Origin: Octopus bimaculoides
Lineage: Eukaryota
Length of the DNA stretch: 64,000 nt
Assembly (NCBI RefSeq): GCF_001194135.2
Contig: NC_069002.1
Coordinates: 14,925,590-14,989,589, forward strand
Direction of reading: 5' to 3'
The notes under the pieces were generated by a model. It made no database searches. It had not been told where the DNA came from and worked only from the letters and a program-made list of their open reading frames with translations. Below, piece after piece: positions 63,556 through 64,000 of this stretch; the first letter of the stretch is position 1, and every line of letters begins with the position of its first letter. Both the position numbers and the translations under genes were made by a program.

Positions 63556-64000
63556 AGTGGATGCAGCTTCTTTTATGTTCAATCCTTTGTCTTTTTAAAA
63601 AGTTATCCTTCANNNNNNNNNNNNNNNNNNNNNNNNNNNNNNNNNNNNNNNNNNNNNNNNNNNNNNNNNNNNNNNNNNNNNNNNNNNNNNNNNNNNNNNN
63701 NNNNNNNNNNNNNNNNNNTATTATCATTGCAAAATAATTATTAATTAAGACGAAATAAAAGGAATTACAAAAAAAAAAAAATGATAAAATCTTATTCTTT
63801 TACTGTTTCATTTGTGCATTCAATAGCAGTGTGGGGTGGGAGAGATGGTTTTTCTATTTTCTACTACTTTGAACATTTCGACTGGGAAATCAGTAAGAGA
63901 AGAACACATCAATCCCAAAAATCTGTATATTATATTGAGGACTTACCACAGAAACGTATGTCTCGTTGTATTCAAAAGTTGTTTGTGGTTGGAGTTTCTC
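9626..64000 (-). CDS. VWDE: Large multi-exon gene (partial at both ends): multi-module von Willebrand factor D and EGF domain-containing (VWDE-like) protein with intercalated LamG/ConA-like domains; 35 exons traced, 2083 aa in window
   Basis: Manual exon chaining with GT-AG sites and consistent phases; total 6249 nt, open throughout. Motifs: C..xDPH..T(F/Y)DG, GEFxLYxH, CNCAVAVRSGDD, GLCG, WPS, CPNDCSGxGxC, ISxSNDG, CxIDxxCY, repeated in the same order and exon phases. The symbol is family-level only; orthology was not tested. Confidence 0.9.
10036..10437 (-). mobile_element. tRNA-derived SINE family B with internal (CA/TA)n
   Basis: Head AGGAGTGGCTGTGTGGTAAG...GGTTCAGTCCC, tail CAGTCAAATGACTGAAACAAGT; matches 51333 and 56336 copies. 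Confidence 0.9.
10845..11226 (+). mobile_element. SINE family A, full length
   Basis: As above. Confidence 0.9.
12241..12377 (-). CDS. Exon 34 (VTGDSYYNGY...YCTC...IGCPLRKK)
   Basis: 137 nt, phase 2-1, GTAAGT. Confidence 0.9.
12473..12853 (-). mobile_element. SINE family A, full length
   Basis: As above. Confidence 0.9.
12884..14050 (-). mobile_element. Decayed Tc1/mariner superfamily transposon (maT/DD37D-like); transposase pseudogene ~13007-13820
   Basis: TA|CAGGGTG terminus at 12884; translated FFSDKKNF, VWQQDSA.CH, WPPNSP.C..L.YYMWG, RFRSRLEAVVKANG with several stops and an (AAT)n insertion; other end not resolved. Confidence 0.85.
14681..14783 (-). CDS. Exon 33, VWD end (GLCDKYTL...GFSKEWR)
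   Basis: 103 nt, phase 1-2, GTAAGT. Confidence 0.92.
15146..15248 (-). CDS. Exon 32, VWD (VVLPTGMIVKIK...DLEKSK)
   Basis: 103 nt, phase 0-1. Confidence 0.92.
16262..16474 (-). CDS. Exon 31, VWD (VRAFFTRCGRASCTCAVIVRSGDD...GSYYV)
   Basis: 213 nt, phase 0-0, GTAAGT. Confidence 0.94.
17932..17995 (-). CDS. Exon 30, VWD (YYSSYMTGEFIVYQHDTLPFE)
   Basis: 64 nt, phase 2-0. Confidence 0.92.
18289..18377 (-). CDS. Exon 29, VWD start (VSITNKDSKKFIKGICKITGDPHVKSFNQ)
   Basis: 89 nt, phase 0-2; GDPH motif. Confidence 0.93.
18655..18860 (-). mobile_element. SINE family C
   Basis: Reverse complement of the 60594-60830 copy. Confidence 0.85.
20666..21052 (-). CDS. Exon 28 (IDNTTDIKLIEG...LQALVDSVY...SVTKK)
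   Basis: 387 nt, phase 0-0, GTAAGT. Confidence 0.88.
21116..21802 (+). repeat. 93-bp direct repeats (21116-21208 and 21710-21802)
   Basis: 7 substitutions counted. Confidence 0.85.
21482..21677 (-). mobile_element. Short (196 bp) solo LTR
   Basis: TGTTGTGT...ACATAACA termini (7/8 inverted match), TATAAATA box, 5-bp TSD GAGCA/GAGTA. Confidence 0.65.
23618..23704 (-). CDS. Exon 27 (VSCAIKAKSSIRCGEPISQRSNVIISETK)
   Basis: 87 nt, phase 0-0, GTAAGT. Confidence 0.85.
24170..24641 (+). mobile_element. 3' fragment of a non-LTR retrotransposon with restriction-like endonuclease (R4/NeSL-type)
   Basis: KYWWNLEI...DQPEIVV*DHEENICYVVEINCPLD ... LGATG ... LIHKLQ ... KMCKTFFRF; matches the PD-x-E RLE motif pattern; has stops/frameshift. 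Confidence 0.7.
26496..26737 (-). CDS. Exon 26, start of module C (NLTKPGAPSV...YTCIF...YKGIWS...FKNG)
   Basis: 242 nt, phase 1-0, GTAAGT. Confidence 0.87.
26979..27837. mobile_element. hAT-type non-autonomous element
   Basis: TIRs CAGTGGTTCCCAAA / TTTGGGAAACACTG (13/14); 8-bp TSD CATTAAAA / CGTTAAAA. Confidence 0.8.
27237..27536. mobile_element. 300-bp nested MITE-like element containing inverted telomeric-type repeats
   Basis: Imperfect ~30-40 bp TIRs (GGCGATCTT...GGCCTTTTCTGTAAAAAG); flanking TAAATATC / CAAATATC; internal (TTAGGG)-like then (CCCTAA)-like arrays. Confidence 0.7.
28177..28317 (-). CDS. Exon 25, Thr/Pro/Glu-rich mucin-like linker
   Basis: 141 nt, phase 1-1; PTEPTT repeats; donor GTTTGT is weak but is the one that keeps phase with the next exon. 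Confidence 0.75.
30056..30467 (-). CDS. Exon 24, C-terminal part of second LamG-like domain
   Basis: 412 nt, phase 0-1; within ORF 30018-30530; FTNGG...TGVAM...LFLTLST..QW..ITFSWS...GLKL. Confidence 0.92.
30977..31024 (-). ncRNA. Minimal type I hammerhead ribozyme motif, host-gene sense
   Basis: Minus strand GTCT-CTGATGA-AG-GGATATT-CCT-AATATCC-AA-GAAA-CAGCTG-TA-AGAC. Confidence 0.7.
31090..31256 (-). repeat. Identical 167-bp intronic duplicate of exon 24 segment 30297-30463
   Basis: Base-by-base comparison showed no differences. Confidence 0.95.
31438..31652 (-). CDS. Exon 23, N-terminal part of second LamG-like domain
   Basis: 215 nt, phase 1-0, GTAAGT; aligns with the first third of exon 7. 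Confidence 0.88.
31937..32299 (+). mobile_element. SINE family A
   Basis: As above, with small internal deletions. Confidence 0.9.
32528..32639 (-). CDS. Exon 22 (ADICIIDDKCYGDG...SAWSLVE)
   Basis: 112 nt, phase 0-1, GTAAGT. Confidence 0.9.
33832..34026 (-). CDS. Exon 21 (DMGSKFY...KISISNDG...CYKCDDQNCTQR)
   Basis: 195 nt, phase 0-0, GTAAGA. Confidence 0.92.
34720..35754 (-). mobile_element. SINE family B interrupted by a gap and a nested family D copy (35428-35585)
   Basis: Tail at 34720-34880, head at 35590-35754. Confidence 0.8.
35950..36137 (-). CDS. Exon 20 (GECQCQNKYFGVDCS...LICHYNFSN)
   Basis: 188 nt, phase 1-0 (donor GTAACA is weaker). Confidence 0.9.
36881..37049 (-). CDS. Exon 19 (ITEDTSWAK...ICPNDCSGFGECVK), EGF-like start
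   Basis: 169 nt, phase 0-1, GTAAGT. Confidence 0.95.
38140..38267. repeat. 128-bp hairpin element (~56-bp arms)
   Basis: AACTACTATAATAAACACATTTTTACCG... / ...CGGTAAAAATGTGTTTATTATAGTAGTT. Confidence 0.85.
38465..38752. repeat. Fold-back palindrome, 121-bp arms, 46-bp spacer
   Basis: 38465-38585 is nearly the perfect reverse complement of 38632-38752. Confidence 0.9.
38614..38704 (+). ncRNA. Type I hammerhead ribozyme motif with GAAA changed to GATA
   Basis: TATTCC-CTGAAGA-C-GTGTAAGGC...GCTTTATAC-A-GATA-TGTTGACA-TA-GGAATA; the inverted arm upstream retains GAAA. Confidence 0.65.
39398..39559 (-). CDS. Exon 18 (EFTWPSPTKKITETEATTIC...SCIEDIQ)
   Basis: 162 nt, phase 0-0; VWDE-type WPx..IT..A..C motif. 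Confidence 0.93.
39810..40050 (-). mobile_element. Interspersed repeat family D with (CAT)n end (other copies near 3415, 11585, 19735, 28790, 33230, 37175, 41160, 53810, 60830)
   Basis: CATCATCGTTTAACGTCCGCTTTCCATGCTAGCATGGGTTGGAC...CTGGATGCCCTTCCTAACGCCAACC recurs about 10 times. Confidence 0.85.
40063..40270 (+). mobile_element. SINE family A, 3'-truncated
   Basis: Head and first half match family A. Confidence 0.8.
40450..40556 (-). CDS. Exon 17 (KDITKKLLKK...TFEYNSTYVTP)
   Basis: 107 nt, phase 1-0, GTAAGT; paralog of 9626-9753 and 63947-64000. Confidence 0.88.
40838..41010 (-). CDS. Exon 16 (VKKKDTLYTGYC...YCNC...TCGSKPSKKSHRK)
   Basis: 173 nt, phase 2-1; paralog of 12241-12377. Confidence 0.88.
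42255..42502. repeat. Degenerate ~12-bp minisatellite rich in RRCCAAT
   Basis: Recurrent AGCCAATAGGG-like units. Confidence 0.7.
42855..42963 (-). CDS. Exon 15, VWD end (GLCGSFDSNKNND...FSLSWR)
   Basis: 109 nt, phase 1-2; canonical GLCG motif. Confidence 0.95.
43619..43730 (-). CDS. Exon 14, VWD (IILPTGTSV...NIWVQPSPADMKKTE)
   Basis: 112 nt, phase 0-1; paralog of 15146-15248. Confidence 0.92.
44520..44874 (-). mobile_element. SINE family A, tail truncated
   Basis: As above. Confidence 0.9.
44955..45161 (-). CDS. Exon 13, VWD (VHAFYRNCNGHASCNCAVAVRSGDD...LKYK)
   Basis: 207 nt, phase 0-0, AG/GTGAGT. Confidence 0.95.
45600..45855 (-). mobile_element. Older tRNA-derived SINE (related copies ~38960-39165 and inside the 51727/53252 duplication)
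   Basis: GTGTTCTTGAGCAA...TTCACATTGCTCCAGTCCACTCAGCTG core. Confidence 0.7.
46433..46496 (-). CDS. Exon 12, VWD (FYNCFFEGEFVLYQHQTLPFA)
   Basis: 64 nt, phase 2-0; same length as paralog 17932-17995. Confidence 0.92.
47313..47389 (-). CDS. Exon 11, VWD start (VDVVDSNKKAVCKSINDPHITTYDG)
   Basis: 77 nt, phase 0-2, GTAAGT; VWD xDPH motif. Confidence 0.93.
47600..47760. repeat. (GATA)n microsatellite array
   Basis: Directly visible. Confidence 0.9.
48425..48820 (-). CDS. Exon 10 (ILSSKIKVVEG...IATIDGLRD...KIGRVQ)
   Basis: 396 nt, phase 0-0; contains ORF 48416-48796; paralog of 20666-21052. Confidence 0.9.
49040..49132 (-). CDS. Exon 9 (LTCAVSACYSSNCENSQGPKRHSLALVAEIK)
   Basis: 93 nt, phase 0-0, AG/GTAAGT; paralog of 23618-23704. 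Confidence 0.88.
50441..50754 (+). mobile_element. SINE family A, 5'-truncated
   Basis: As above. Confidence 0.9.
50956..51191 (-). CDS. Exon 8, start of module B (HPTFKDAPEL...FLCSF...YLVFWY...KDG)
   Basis: 236 nt, phase 1-0, donor GTGAGT; paralog of 26496-26737. Confidence 0.88.
51333..51720 (+). mobile_element. SINE family B, full length
   Basis: As above. Confidence 0.9.
51727..52167 (+). repeat. Direct repeat copy 1 (~440 bp) flanking the LamG exon
   Basis: About 8 substitutions and one 4-bp indel versus 53252-53688. Confidence 0.95.
52464..53099 (-). CDS. Exon 7, complete LamG/concanavalin A-like domain
   Basis: 636 nt, phase 1-1; ORF 52459-53052 in track extended to the acceptor; FSNGG...G.AM..LFLTVST..QW..ITFSWS...GL.L pattern. 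Confidence 0.92.
53252..53688 (+). repeat. Direct repeat copy 2 (~437 bp) flanking the LamG exon
   Basis: See copy 1; includes the same decayed SINE plus non-SINE AT-rich flank. Confidence 0.95.
55793..55907 (-). CDS. Exon 6 (TDICKINNECYENLAINPKN...SWQLID)
   Basis: 115 nt, phase 0-1; paralog of 32528-32639. Confidence 0.9.
56336..56700 (+). mobile_element. SINE family B, full length (more decayed copies near 4640, 5170, 25120, 27900, 30600, 46655, 54785, 57870, 58500)
   Basis: As above. Confidence 0.9.
57100..57309 (-). CDS. Exon 5 (KGADKF...EVSVSNDNSTWS...CEKCTETKCSPR)
   Basis: 210 nt, phase 0-0, AG/GTAAGT; paralog of 33832-34026. Confidence 0.92.
58071..58299. repeat. Fold-back inverted repeat, 57-bp arms
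   Basis: 58071-58127 vs 58243-58299, 2 mismatches seen. Confidence 0.9.
58165..58256 (+). ncRNA. Type I hammerhead ribozyme motif (intact core), Penelope-like/retrozyme type
   Basis: TATTTCC-CTGAGGA-GAAGATTAC...GTAATCTTC-GAAA-CATATG-TT-GGAAATA: 7-bp helix I, 9-bp helix II, palindromic helix III. Confidence 0.8.
59539..59723 (-). CDS. Exon 4 (GICQCSEEFDGADCS...ETLMCRLQEMT), EGF end + IPT-like
   Basis: 185 nt, phase 1-0; paralog of 35950-36137. Confidence 0.92.
59790..60295. repeat. Composite tandem repeat: ~24-bp minisatellite (CTAAATTGACAGCTACTTGAGAAATAA-like) alternating with two copies of a ~130-bp hammerhead-like element
   Basis: Higher-order period of about 220 bp visible by eye. Confidence 0.85.
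59935..59970 (-). ncRNA. Variant/degenerate hammerhead-like motif in a tandem repeat (second, more decayed copy near 60153-60187)
   Basis: CTTT-CTGTTGA-A-GAG-TGTAGG-CTC-GAAA-TG-TA-AAAG; core A6 replaced by U. Confidence 0.45.
60594..60830 (+). mobile_element. SINE family C (other copies near 15995, 26810, 57440, 62495)
   Basis: As above. Confidence 0.85.
62262..62445 (-). CDS. Exon 3 (LTGDLVW...LCLNDCNKQGKCLE), start of EGF-like domain
   Basis: 184 nt, phase 0-1; paralog of 36881-37049. Confidence 0.92.
62638..62766. repeat. (AAT)n microsatellite with two in-register AACGAT interruptions
   Basis: Directly visible. Confidence 0.95.
63181..63324 (-). CDS. Exon 2, post-VWD Cys-rich region (DISSNITLEQAKTYCQ...SCTTDLH)
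   Basis: 144 nt, phase 0-0, AG/GTAAGT; paralog of 39398-39559. Confidence 0.9.
63947..64000 (-). CDS. VWDE-like exon 1 in window (truncated by window end), EKLQPQTTFEYNETYVSV
   Basis: Donor GTAAGT; paralogous to FEYNSTYVTP exon at 40450-40556; phase 0. Confidence 0.8.

Overview
AT-rich, repeat-dense eukaryotic genomic window with many N gaps. Its SINE families look like those of Octopus (inference, not a database result). The dominant feature is one large intron-rich gene on the minus strand. I traced 35 coding exons (64000 down to 9626; 6249 nt = 2083 codons, one open frame, all GT-AG, phases consistent), and the gene is incomplete at both ends. It encodes parts of three tandem VWDE-like modules (N-terminal Ig-like region, VWD, Cys-rich, EGF-like, IPT-like, Cys knot) separated by LamG/concanavalin-A-like domains and a Thr/Pro-rich linker. 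The introns hold many tRNA-derived SINE copies, a decayed maT/DD37D-like transposon, an RLE-type LINE fragment, a hAT-type MITE with a nested telomeric-repeat hairpin element, a short solo LTR, and several fold-back elements. The most notable non-coding signals are: (i) a set of unrelated type I hammerhead ribozyme motifs with palindromic helix III, two of them inside (TA)n-anchored fold-backs and one in host-gene sense; (ii) 440-bp near-identical direct repeats flanking a symmetric LamG exon; (iii) an identical 167-bp copy of an exon fragment in the adjacent intron that could form an in-frame cassette exon. No rRNA, tRNA genes or CRISPR arrays were supported.
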